Virus record (IMG/VR): IMGVR_UViG_3300032018_000004
Span: 16,975 to 80,974 of that record
Strand: one strand, 5' to 3'
Source of the DNA: a virus
DNA length: 64,000 nucleotides
Numbering within the stretch: the stretch's first letter is position 1; each line of letters opens with the position of its first letter. The position numbers and the translations under genes were made by a program. This document shows positions 50,332 through 60,116 of the stretch, piece after piece. Below the pieces are notes generated by a model that saw only the letters and a list, made by a program, of their open reading frames with translations, was not told where the DNA came from and searched no databases.

Positions 50332-50598
50332 ATGAATAAAGTTTACATTGTGATAGGATCGGTTGACTATGAAGGAATGGGGATTGTAAGGTGTTTTAAT
50401 TCAGAAGAAGATGCAGAAAATCTTTGTGAGCAAATCAGAGAATACGAGAAAGCTAGAGTAAATTCCCCAGAGATGGATGCTTCAGATGAAGAATGGGATG
50501 AATATTGGGAATGGGAGAAAACATTTCTTGAAGATCATCCTCTGAGCGGTGAAGATATTTATGATAGTTATTATGTCCTAGAGATGGATGCGAGGTGA
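50332..50598 (+). CDS. acidic hypothetical protein
   Basis: GAGGTG RBS; KVYIV...DYEG. Confidence 0.65.
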   Translation: MNKVYIVIGSVDYEGMGIVRCFNSEEDAENLCEQIREYEKARVNSPEMDASDEEWDEYWEWEKTFLEDHPLSGEDIYDSYYVLEMDAR

Positions 50599-50827
50599 GA
50601 AATGTCAAATCCAGAAAGTGACAGGGGAAAACTAAAAACACTAGAAGGTAAGAACGCTAAAAATATTTATTCTGATGCAATTAGAGAGCTAAAAGATGCA
50701 ATGATATTTAGGCTTGAATACGCACAAATAACAGCAAAGATTCACAAAACTAAATTTGATGCCCTAGTAAAAGAAGGCTTCAGTGAATCCCAAGCACTTG
50801 AATTGTGCAAGAATATTGGTTGACAAA

Positions 50828-52156
50828 ATGCACAACAAAATAATCAAAACGCTCTGTGATAATGGATACAATGCTCATATTGTAGGCGGGGCAGTCCGTG
50901 ATATTCTTTTGGGAGAAAACCCTAAAGATATCGATATCGTCACAAACGCCATTCCAGAACAAATCATTTCTCTATTCCCTGAGAATAAGATTGATCTGGT
51001 GGGGGCGAATTTTCAAGTTGTTATGATTGATGGCATTGAAGTAGCCACATATAGGTTTGATTGTTATGATGGGTTTAATCTAGCGGAAACGGTTGTAGCT
51101 TCTACAATCAATGAAGATTTGTCCCGTAGAGACTTGACGATCAATTCCCTTGCCATGTGTCCAGTCAGTGGGGACATTATCGATTTGTTCGGTGGAATTA
51201 ATGATCTGAAAAATAGAATTATCAAGTTCACGGGAAATCCTAATGACAGAATTAAGGAAGACCCGTGTAGGATTTTGAGGGCTTGTAGATTTCTTGCAAA
51301 GATTGATGGTGAACTTGATGAAGAAACAGAATTTGCTTTGTTAGAAAATCGCCATTTGGTTAAAAATATAGCTCCAGAAAGAATTAGAATAGAAATAATG
51401 AAGTTGATGAATTGTAAGAATCCTTCATTATTCTTTGAAATCGCTTCCGATATTGGCATTTTAGAATTAATTCTCCCCAATCTCGATTTTTGCCTTGGAT
51501 TTGACGGAGGTCCACACCATGAGGAATCGGTATTTCAGCATTGCATGATTGCCGGAGATTCCATTTCTAATAAATTCCCTTTATTGAAGCTTGCCGGATA
51601 TCTACATGATATTGGGAAATACCAATCATCTGCTTATGATGAAGAGGGGTTTATTACATTCCATGGGCATGAGAAGATTGGATCAGAAATTGTAGAGCAA
51701 GAATTAAAAGCATTAAAATTCAGTAATGATGAAATTGAATATATAAAGAATTTGGTTGAATTTCATATGCGAAGTCTAAAAGATATTTCGCCAAGATCAA
51801 TGAGGCGTTTAATCTCAAAGATGTATGAGAAAAATATAAGTCATAAAGATTTTCTTAGGTTGAAAATTGCTGACAGAAAGGCCAATCTGAAGAAGGAACC
51901 ATTTACTTTTCAAGAAATTAAGCATATGGTTAAATTGTTCCAGATTGAATTCAATGCAGAAATCCCTAATGCGTTTTCAATTAAGGACTTGACTATTGAT
52001 GGAAATGATGTTATTCAAATATTTGCGATAAAACAAGGACCGATTGTGGGAAATATTTTGAAAGATATTTTTGAAATGGTTCTTGATGATCCAGAATTGA
52101 ATGAAAGAGAAATGCTACTTGTGATAGTGGAGGGAAGAAAATGTCGAACATTGTAA
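50828..52156 (+). CDS. cca: CCA-adding tRNA nucleotidyltransferase with HD domain
   Basis: VGGAVRD, KDIDI, RRDLTINS, EDPCRILRACRF, ERI, LHDIGK. Confidence 0.9.
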   Translation: MHNKIIKTLCDNGYNAHIVGGAVRDILLGENPKDIDIVTNAIPEQIISLFPENKIDLVGANFQVVMIDGIEVATYRFDCYDGFNLAETVVASTINEDLSRRDLTINSLAMCPVSGDIIDLFGGINDLKNRIIKFTGNPNDRIKEDPCRILRACRFLAKIDGELDEETEFALLENRHLVKNIAPERIRIEIMKLMNCKNPSLFFEIASDIGILELILPNLDFCLGFDGGPHHEESVFQHCMIAGDSISNKFPLLKLAGYLHDIGKYQSSAYDEEGFITFHGHEKIGSEIVEQELKALKFSNDEIEYIKNLVEFHMRSLKDISPRSMRRLISKMYEKNISHKDFLRLKIADRKANLKKEPFTFQEIKHMVKLFQIEFNAEIPNAFSIKDLTIDGNDVIQIFAIKQGPIVGNILKDIFEMVLDDPELNEREMLLVIVEGRKCRTL

Positions 52157-53031
52157 AAATGAAGAAAAAGAATCTAGTCAATCCCCCTGGTTTTGTTGTG
52201 GATGGCTTGCAATATGAAACCATTATGGGTAGTCAATCATATGGAGTCTCTAGTGACAATTCGGATGTGGATGTTTATGGATTCTGCATTCCACACAAAG
52301 ACATGGTTTTCCCGCACTTAAAGGGTGAAATTTTCGGATTCGGACAGCAAACACAGCGATTTGAACAATTCCAGCAGCATCACGTAAAAGACACAAGTTC
52401 TGGAAAAGAATACGATTTTTCTATTTATTCAATTGTAAAATATTTTCAATTATGCATGGAGAATAACCCCAACATGATTGATTCTCTCTTTACTCCAAGG
52501 GTATGTGTCACTCATTCAACTAGAATTGGGGAAATGGTTAGAGAGAATCGTAGGTCTTTTCTTCATAAAGGGTGTTGGCACAAGTTCAAAGGATACAGCT
52601 ACAGCCAGATGCATAAAATGAGGATTAAGAACCCAGAAGAGGGGAGCAAACGATACGAAAGTGTAAAGCAGCATGGGTATGATCTAAAATTCGCGTATCA
52701 TGTTGTTCGACTCCTTTCAGAAGTAGAAATGATTCTCGTTGAAGGTGATCTTGATTTAAGAAGAAACAGAGAACAGTTAAAAGCAATTAGGCGTGGTGAA
52801 TGGGAACTAGAAGAGATTGAAGAATATTTTAGCTCTAAGGAAAAATCTTTAGAGGAAATTTATTTATCTTCAACACTTCCATATAAGCCAAATGAAGAGG
52901 CAATTAAACAATTGCTTATTGATTGCCTGGAAGAACATTTTGGCTCATTGGGTGGATGTATTGTTGTTCAGAATCAAACTGAATTGATCTTAAACGATCT
53001 TCAAAATATTATTAATAAATTCAAATCTTGA
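52141..53031 (+). CDS. Pol-beta-superfamily nucleotidyltransferase (RlaP/YcgL-like)
   Basis: GSQSYG...SDVDVYG, NNPNMID, YDLKFAYHVVRL. Confidence 0.85.
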   Translation: MSNIVKMKKKNLVNPPGFVVDGLQYETIMGSQSYGVSSDNSDVDVYGFCIPHKDMVFPHLKGEIFGFGQQTQRFEQFQQHHVKDTSSGKEYDFSIYSIVKYFQLCMENNPNMIDSLFTPRVCVTHSTRIGEMVRENRRSFLHKGCWHKFKGYSYSQMHKMRIKNPEEGSKRYESVKQHGYDLKFAYHVVRLLSEVEMILVEGDLDLRRNREQLKAIRRGEWELEEIEEYFSSKEKSLEEIYLSSTLPYKPNEEAIKQLLIDCLEEHFGSLGGCIVVQNQTELILNDLQNIINKFKS

Positions 53032-53131
53032 CAATTCACACAACAATCAGCAGCCATTGCCCTTACAAAAATTAAGAATGTGATTTATTCAAATGAGTTT
53101 CAAAGCTACACTTGGGAGAGGAGGTAGAGTT

Positions 53132-54154
53132 ATGGAATTAATTAAATTTCCATCAATTGAACAATTCAGGAATGTTATCAAGAACGTCAAACATAAGACT
53201 CATTGGCAAGGAGTTGATGAGAATGGTGATGCCATCTTTGATCGCACTAGACCACTGCCTAAATTGAAATACCAGGGAGCCATTAAACTTCATGGGACTA
53301 ATGCTTCTATTGTGTTTGGAGAGAGCGTAGATGATGTCTATTTTCAATCGAGAGAAAGAATTATTACCCCACTGGATGACAATGCAGGATTTGCATTCTG
53401 GGCAGACAATAATAAAGAAATTTTAAACGATTTGTGCGGATCGGTTATTTCTACTTCTTACCTGTATAGAACTCCTACTATCCTCTATGGGGAGTGGTGT
53501 GGAGGGAACATCCAGAAAGGGGTTGCCATTAATGGCCTTTCTAAGATGTTTGTCATCTTCAAAATTAGAGCAGGGAATGATTGGCTTGACATGAGGGAAT
53601 ATTCTCATATCGAATCTCCAGAATATGGCATTTACAACATCCAAAACTTCAAAACATACGAATTGGAGATTGATTTCAATTGTCCACATGAAGTCCAAAA
53701 TGAGTTAATCAGAATCACCAAAGAGGTGGAAGAGAAATGCCCCGTTGGAGATCATTTCGGGAATATCGGGGTTGGGGAAGGTGTAGTATGGTCATGTGTT
53801 GACCCAGAGTGGAATGATAGTGCTTATACATTCAAGGTTAAGGGAGAAAAACATTCTGTTTCTAAAGTTAAGAAATTGGCATCTGTAGATATTGAGAAAG
53901 TGAATAGTATTAAAGAATTTGTGGATATGGTTGTCACAGAAAATAGACTAAATCAAGGACTTGCACATTTGAATGAAATGAAGTTGGATTTTGATGTGAC
54001 AAATACAGGTTCATTTTTGAAGTGGTTATATCAAGATGTGGTGAAAGAAGAGTCAGACACAATTTTCAAGTCTGGACTGGAGCCAAAAGAAATTGGTTCG
54101 GCTATTAGTGCTGCCGGAAAGAAGTGGTATTTTGAACAATTGAACGGGAGATAG
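53132..54154 (+). CDS. Rnl2-family RNA ligase
   Basis: KFPSIEQF, KLHGTN, QSRE, YGEWCG, GEGVVW, FKVKG. Confidence 0.88.
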   Translation: MELIKFPSIEQFRNVIKNVKHKTHWQGVDENGDAIFDRTRPLPKLKYQGAIKLHGTNASIVFGESVDDVYFQSRERIITPLDDNAGFAFWADNNKEILNDLCGSVISTSYLYRTPTILYGEWCGGNIQKGVAINGLSKMFVIFKIRAGNDWLDMREYSHIESPEYGIYNIQNFKTYELEIDFNCPHEVQNELIRITKEVEEKCPVGDHFGNIGVGEGVVWSCVDPEWNDSAYTFKVKGEKHSVSKVKKLASVDIEKVNSIKEFVDMVVTENRLNQGLAHLNEMKLDFDVTNTGSFLKWLYQDVVKEESDTIFKSGLEPKEIGSAISAAGKKWYFEQLNGR

Positions 54155-55048
54155 TCATGATTCGATTTGGATATTATGAATGGCGTGAAGGTGAGCATGG
54201 CTTTAAAAAGAAACATACTGTTGAACTCCGCCCTTGGGAAATCACTGGCAAATACATGGAAGTAAATGGTGAGATGTCAGTAGAGGTTAAGATTGAGGAG
54301 TGGCACTTGTTCTCTAAACCCACATTCAATACTTTTTATGTTAATGAATCTGATTTCTGGTTTGAAGATATCCAGTATTTTAATTGCAAGGAATAACAAA
54401 TGCCAGTTTTTATATATACCTGTAGTAATTGCGACTTCATGTGTCAAGAGAACGAGAAAATTAAATGCTCTTGTGGATGTGGTGGAGAGACATTTGAATG
54501 TGAGTGTGGCGGTACTATTGGTCTAAAATGTGAATGCTTACATGGATCATGCCACTGTATGGACGATCCAGATGAATTGAATGATGATATTAATGGCTGG
54601 TGGGAGAATTGATATGAAAATTACAACTGTGAAGACAATCATTCATTTTAAAAAGAATGGAATTTCTGTATGTGGGACTACAAGATCAGGAATGTCATCT
54701 CATTGCGCTAAAGATGTGACTTGCAAAAGATGTTTAAGTAAAATAAATAAAGATAAGGAAAAAAGTAAAATGAACAAGCGAAAAGATAATAAAAAGCAAT
54801 CCCAGATTGATAAAGCGAACCTAATATCTGAATATTGCTCTAGGTGTTACATATTTTTTAAACGATCTAGCAACGATTATTTTTATTTAGAGGCATATAA
54901 TGAAGAAGGAGAAGAATTAAAGATCAAAGGTGTTAAATGTCCGTATTGTGGGCATAAAGGAAGGGCATTGGAATATTTTGAAGAGAAATAGGCAAATTGG
55001 AATATAATGAACTATTAATTTTCGGGAGGAAGGAGATAGTGATGAAGG

Positions 55049-56203
55049 ATGAAAAAGATAAAGTTTAGTGAAGAACAGGCAGCGGAAATTTGTAGACTAT
55101 ATGTGGAGGAGGCATATGGGGCAGATAATATTGGGAAAATTTTCAGTGTTGGTGGCTCTCCAATCAGACGGATTTTAAAAGAAAATAATATCAAAGCAAA
55201 CAAAATAAAAACTAAGTACGAAGTTGTTTTAGGGAATGAATATGGTAGGCTGACAATCATAAAGGAAGAAGAGAGAGATGATCGCCGAAGGCGGCAAGTG
55301 TCCGCTCAATGTTCTTGTGATGGGAATATAAGACTATACAACTGGCTTTGTGTCGCTAGAGGAGATACAAAATCTTGCGGTTGCTATAATCAAGAAAAAC
55401 GATCTGAAAGAGCAAAAGCGAGGGCAAAGAATGTCATTGGTAAAAAGTATAACAGGATGACTATTTTAGAAGAAACAGAAAAACAAAATGGGATGAGGTA
55501 TGTCATTGCTGAATGTGAATGTGGGAAAATTAAAAAATGCCAATTAAGTCATATAAGAAGTGGCAATATCAAATCTTGTGGTTGTTGGTCAATAGAAGAG
55601 TTAAAATCAAGAGATAGGACAGAACAAGCAAACAAAAGAAGATATTCTGCGGATGATTATAAAAAATTACATCCATTCTTTTATGAAGTAGAGGAAATTA
55701 GAGATTCTGAATATGGTGGCATTGAAGTAAAATGCAAACTTTTCTCTTGCCAAAAATGGTTCAAGCCAACACATACTCAGATAAGAAAAAGAATTGATGC
55801 TCTCGATGGGAAGAAAGGCAACGGAGAAAGTAATCTTTATTGTTCAGAAAATTGCAAGCATGTTTGTCCTTTATATAATCTAAACTCAAATTCTATCATT
55901 TATAATAATTTATACCGCACTACAATCGAAAATAAATTCACCGTAAACGAACTTAGTATTTTTAGTCAAGAAGTTAGACATCGGCAGTTCTTAGAGTTCG
56001 GTTATAATTTTTGTGAATATGGAGATTGTAAGAATGAAGGACCATATCATGTTCATCATGAGCGTCCTAAATCAGTAGAGTGGATATTTGGGTTAGACCC
56101 CGATAATGGAATAGTATTTTGCGAAGAACATCATTACTCTATCGGTCATAGTGGAGAGTGCTCTACTGGTGCATTAGCATATAATAAATGTAAGAAAGGG
56201 TAA
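55049..56203 (+). CDS. HNH-like homing endonuclease, third family member
   Basis: GxxYGRLT...C.C...KSCGC repeats plus GESNLYCSENCK...FGYNFCE...HVHH...DPDNG..FC. Confidence 0.75.
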   Translation: MKKIKFSEEQAAEICRLYVEEAYGADNIGKIFSVGGSPIRRILKENNIKANKIKTKYEVVLGNEYGRLTIIKEEERDDRRRRQVSAQCSCDGNIRLYNWLCVARGDTKSCGCYNQEKRSERAKARAKNVIGKKYNRMTILEETEKQNGMRYVIAECECGKIKKCQLSHIRSGNIKSCGCWSIEELKSRDRTEQANKRRYSADDYKKLHPFFYEVEEIRDSEYGGIEVKCKLFSCQKWFKPTHTQIRKRIDALDGKKGNGESNLYCSENCKHVCPLYNLNSNSIIYNNLYRTTIENKFTVNELSIFSQEVRHRQFLEFGYNFCEYGDCKNEGPYHVHHERPKSVEWIFGLDPDNGIVFCEEHHYSIGHSGECSTGALAYNKCKKG

Positions 56204-56204
56204 G

Positions 56205-57161
56205 ATGAAAAAGAAAATAGACACATATACGCACCTTCATGTCCATTCAACCCTGTCCTTGCTCGATGGTTATGGATTGCCAGATGATATTGCCAAAAGA
56301 GCGAGTGAAATTGGTTACTCACACTTGGCTTTGACAGATCACGCTACATCTTCGGGGCTTATTAAGTTCCAGAGGGCTTGCGATAAATATAATATTTCTC
56401 CCGTTCATGGGGTTGAATTTTATATTGTTCCAAATGCTGAGATAAAAGAAAAAGGAGAAAAAAGAGGGCATATCACGGCATGGGCTAAGAACGAGGTTGG
56501 GTATCAGAACATTTTAAAGATGCTAACTCTTGCCAATTTAAACTTTTTCTATCATAGGCCAAGAATAGACTTTAATACTCTCTTATCTCACGCGAATGGC
56601 TTGTGTATAGGAACAGCCTGCTCCGCGTCTTTCGTTCACCTAGAAGGAGGCATTGAGTTTTTTGGACAACTTAACAATAAAATCGGAGAAGATTTATATT
56701 GTGAATTGATGCCATTTGATTATGCTGAACAAATAAATACATCAAATATTGTTCTCGACTTATCTGAAAAATATGGTAGAAAGATTATCGGATCAAATGA
56801 CACACATTACATTTTTTCCGATGATGCTGAGACGCACGAGGTTTTGTTAGCGTGCCAGATTAAGAAAAAATGGGATGATTTGACGAGATGGAGGTTCAAC
56901 TGCGATGGATTATATCTTTGTGGGCCAGAATTTATGGTGGAGAGATTTAAAAAGCAAGGTGTTCTGACAGATTCAGAAATCTCTCAAGCAATGCTCACAA
57001 CTACGGAGATTGCAAAAAAATGCGAAGGCTTTAGGATTGAAAAGAAAGATGTCTCTCTCCCGATGCCTCCTCAGTATGCAGGAAGGGATGAGGAGGAAGT
57101 CTTCAAAGAAATGATTACTCTGGGGTTTAAAAAGAGATTTGGAGTAGATTTGTGCCTATAG
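56205..57161 (+). CDS. dnaE: DnaE-type DNA polymerase, PHP domain (part 1)
   Basis: HLHVHS.LSLLDG, LTDH, GVEFY, RPRID, SNDTHY. Confidence 0.9.
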   Translation: MKKKIDTYTHLHVHSTLSLLDGYGLPDDIAKRASEIGYSHLALTDHATSSGLIKFQRACDKYNISPVHGVEFYIVPNAEIKEKGEKRGHITAWAKNEVGYQNILKMLTLANLNFFYHRPRIDFNTLLSHANGLCIGTACSASFVHLEGGIEFFGQLNNKIGEDLYCELMPFDYAEQINTSNIVLDLSEKYGRKIIGSNDTHYIFSDDAETHEVLLACQIKKKWDDLTRWRFNCDGLYLCGPEFMVERFKKQGVLTDSEISQAMLTTTEIAKKCEGFRIEKKDVSLPMPPQYAGRDEEEVFKEMITLGFKKRFGVDLCL

Positions 57162-57463
57162 ATATTGAAGAATACAAAAAACAAATTCAAGAAGAATTTG
57201 AACTAATTAAAGAAAAGGGTTTTATCAAATATTTTCTTATCGTGGCAGACCTGATTCAATGGGCCAAATCTGAAGGGATTCTAATAGGTTGTGGTCGTGG
57301 TTCGGTAACAGGAAGCACCATTGCTTATCTTTTGGGAATTACGGATATTGATGCTATAGTTCATAAAACAAACTTCTCTAGATTCCTAAATGCTGGAAGG
57401 GGAAAAGACTCCATGCCGGATATCGATATTGACGCGCCCGATAACAAAAGGGAAGATTTGTAG
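57152..57463 (+). CDS. dnaE: DnaE-type DNA polymerase, palm N-part (part 2)
   Basis: YFLIVAD, GRGS, FSRFLN, MPDIDID; ends in TAG in frame with part 3. Confidence 0.85.
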   Translation: MPIDIEEYKKQIQEEFELIKEKGFIKYFLIVADLIQWAKSEGILIGCGRGSVTGSTIAYLLGITDIDAIVHKTNFSRFLNAGRGKDSMPDIDIDAPDNKREDL

Positions 57464-57469
57464 AATCGG

Positions 57470-59509
57470 TTGAAAACCTTATACGGCTCTAATTCAATTG
57501 CGCAACTTACGACTTTTCTAAAGATCGAAGAACGGACTGCCATTCGGGATGTTGCAAGAGTTTTTGATGTTCCTCTAAAAGAAGCCGATATGTTTTCTAA
57601 ACTTATTGGAGATGACGATATTGAAACAGCAATGGAGAAGGCAGAAGGAAGAATCTTTGCAGATAGATATCCTCATGTAATCAAACACGCCCTTAAATTA
57701 AGGGGGCAATACAGAAGTCTAGGTCGCCATGCAGCAGCACAAATTATTTCAAGTGAAGATTTGACACTTGGGACGAGAGCATCATTGGCGGATAGGAACG
57801 GAGCTGTTGCAGTTTCTTTAGACATGGAAGATGCGGAGTACGCAGGGCTTTTGAAGCTGGATTTACTTTCTCTCTCGAACCTCACAGTAATAGCGGACTG
57901 CTTAGAATTAATAAAACAAAATCATGGGAAAAGTATTGATCTTGTAAATATTGATTTAACTAATAAAAAGATATTCAAGGAATTGAGTCTTTCGAATACT
58001 GTTGGTATTTTTCAGTTTAATACATATGCAATGTCTCGGCTTTCTAAAGAAATGGGAATAGACAGCTTTAGTGATATGGTAGCGGCTTTAGCCCTTGTCC
58101 GTCCTGGACCTATGGACTCTGGAATGACAGCACAATACATTCAAAGAAAGAAGACGAAAACATGGGACAAAAAGCATGATGTGTTCGAGTCCATAACCGA
58201 AGACACCTACGGTATCAATATTTTCCAGGAACAGGTTCTTGAAATTTTTGTTCAAATTGCGGGATTAGAACCGCAAGTGGCTGATAAGATTAGAAAAGTT
58301 ATCGGGAAAAAGCGCGATGCTGCCGAATTCGAACCTTACCGAATCCAGTTTATTGAGGGGTGTAAAAAAGTTGGATATTTTTCTGAAAAGGAAGCGGATA
58401 ATTTCTGGAGGGAACTCCAAGCATACGCTCGATATGGCTTCTCCAAGAATCACGCAGTTGCATATGCAAAGATAGCTTACGATTGTTGTTTTCTTCGTGA
58501 GTATTATTCTAGCGAATTTCTTTGTTCATGTTTGACATATGGTTCTGAAGGAGAAAAGGCCAAGTTATTGGCCGAGGCTCAACGCCTCGGCCTCTCCATC
58601 CTCCCCCCGAAAATCGCAACTTCCCATCCTACAAAGTGGGAGGCGCGAGACGGGATTTTAAGCATTCCGTTCATTGAAATTAAAGGACTTGGACAACGCT
58701 CAGTAGAAACTATAGCACAATACCAACAATCCCTTCAACCCGGATTCTTCACCTCCGAGGCTCCAGTGATTAAAGGGAAATTAAAAACTATTCTGGATAA
58801 CATCGGAGCTTTCACAGAAGAGGTGCCGGATACAATAGATGACTACTTCCCAGATTTAGGAATTTCTCTAAAGCCTAAAAGCAAATACAAAAAGCTATAT
58901 GAGCTGGTTGGAGAGAACACAAAATGGGATTCCAGCAAGCTACTGACTGGTGATTTCATTGGAGGACATTTTGGAAGGGAGATTAGCAAATCCAATCCCA
59001 TCCCTAAACTTTTCTCATGTACAAATTGTGATTTGAGAAATACGAACGAAATTCCTGTGATTCCAATTGTGGGAAAATACAACATAGCAATTGTAAATGA
59101 AGCGCCACATTGGGATCAGAAACCGGAGAAGTTTTTATTCAAAGAGCTTCAAAAATATGGGTTTGAGAAAAGTGATTTTTATTATACAAATTTAATGAAA
59201 TGTGCTTGCAAGAAACCATCTATTGAGAATATTAAAACTTGCGGAGAATGGCTGAAGCAAGAAATAAAAGAGAAAAAGATATTTTTGATCTTGACACAGG
59301 GCAGTAGTAATGTTACACTATTCTCTAATGACGATCAAGGTGTCATGAGGAAGAATGGAAGTTGTGAATGGAATGAAGAGTATGGATGTTGGGTTGTGTA
59401 TTCCATTGGGGCGAATTTGGCCTTGTGGAAACCTGAAATGAAATCTAAATTTGAAGAAAGCATTAAATTATTTGTTCAGAAATGTGAGCAATTGGGAGGG
59501 TTGGTGTGA
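57470..59509 (+). CDS. dnaE: DnaE-type DNA polymerase, fingers/HhH plus C-terminal UDG family-4-like domain (part 3)
   Basis: GRHAA, KLDLL, GIFQF, RPGP, FQEQ, YGFSKNHAVAY, IKGLG. Confidence 0.9.
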   Translation: MKTLYGSNSIAQLTTFLKIEERTAIRDVARVFDVPLKEADMFSKLIGDDDIETAMEKAEGRIFADRYPHVIKHALKLRGQYRSLGRHAAAQIISSEDLTLGTRASLADRNGAVAVSLDMEDAEYAGLLKLDLLSLSNLTVIADCLELIKQNHGKSIDLVNIDLTNKKIFKELSLSNTVGIFQFNTYAMSRLSKEMGIDSFSDMVAALALVRPGPMDSGMTAQYIQRKKTKTWDKKHDVFESITEDTYGINIFQEQVLEIFVQIAGLEPQVADKIRKVIGKKRDAAEFEPYRIQFIEGCKKVGYFSEKEADNFWRELQAYARYGFSKNHAVAYAKIAYDCCFLREYYSSEFLCSCLTYGSEGEKAKLLAEAQRLGLSILPPKIATSHPTKWEARDGILSIPFIEIKGLGQRSVETIAQYQQSLQPGFFTSEAPVIKGKLKTILDNIGAFTEEVPDTIDDYFPDLGISLKPKSKYKKLYELVGENTKWDSSKLLTGDFIGGHFGREISKSNPIPKLFSCTNCDLRNTNEIPVIPIVGKYNIAIVNEAPHWDQKPEKFLFKELQKYGFEKSDFYYTNLMKCACKKPSIENIKTCGEWLKQEIKEKKIFLILTQGSSNVTLFSNDDQGVMRKNGSCEWNEEYGCWVVYSIGANLALWKPEMKSKFEESIKLFVQKCEQLGGLV

Positions 59510-59916
59510 TTGTTGAATTTGTACAAACAAAGGAACTCAAAACTCAGTTTTTCAAAGAAGATGTTTATAAACTCAGGAAAGATAGGCCATATCTTTGGTT
59601 ACAGAAAATATGTTGTTGGACAATGAAGAAGTTGGAAGCGTTTGATGTCGGAGAAGAAATTAGCTATACAAGACACACTATAGATACAGAATCTTTTATT
59701 GATCGTTTATTCAAGCAGCAAGACCATATACGGGGATATTTTAACCGTCGCCCAACTCGCTTATTGATCGGAGCAGAAGACTTCGCTGCGCTGATGGGCA
59801 CAGAGGAAATACGGCAGATGCTCAACTTCCGTGCCGAGTATGGATATAACAAAGAAATAATGGGGTTGATGGTCGAGGTTGTCCCGTGGATGCGTGGTAT
59901 TTTAGTAATGCCATAA
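59506..59916 (+). CDS. hypothetical protein
   Basis: GTGA overlap; GGGAGG RBS. Confidence 0.7.
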   Translation: MIVEFVQTKELKTQFFKEDVYKLRKDRPYLWLQKICCWTMKKLEAFDVGEEISYTRHTIDTESFIDRLFKQQDHIRGYFNRRPTRLLIGAEDFAALMGTEEIRQMLNFRAEYGYNKEIMGLMVEVVPWMRGILVMP

Positions 59917-60116
59917 TAAACCGGCAAAGCCTTAACACAAAATTAGTCTAACTATAAAGTATCATTAAACAAACATCGGCAATAGGATCGGTAGAAAGAT
60001 GATTAAAACAGATAAAACAGAAGACCTTATTTTAGACTGCGTAAAAGGGCTGAAATTAGAAGGTCTATCACTACAAGAAAATCAGTCCAAGAGGGTGCTC
60101 CAGATAGAATCTCTGA

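Noticed and set aside
57461-57463. Genome-wide TAG reassignment (genetic code 15)
   Set aside because: TAG ends several clearly complete genes (capsid, 5309-5746, 3998-4801) and other long genes are not fragmented.
56205-59509. Split intein or group I intron in dnaE
   Set aside because: No intein terminal motifs and no intervening sequence at either break.
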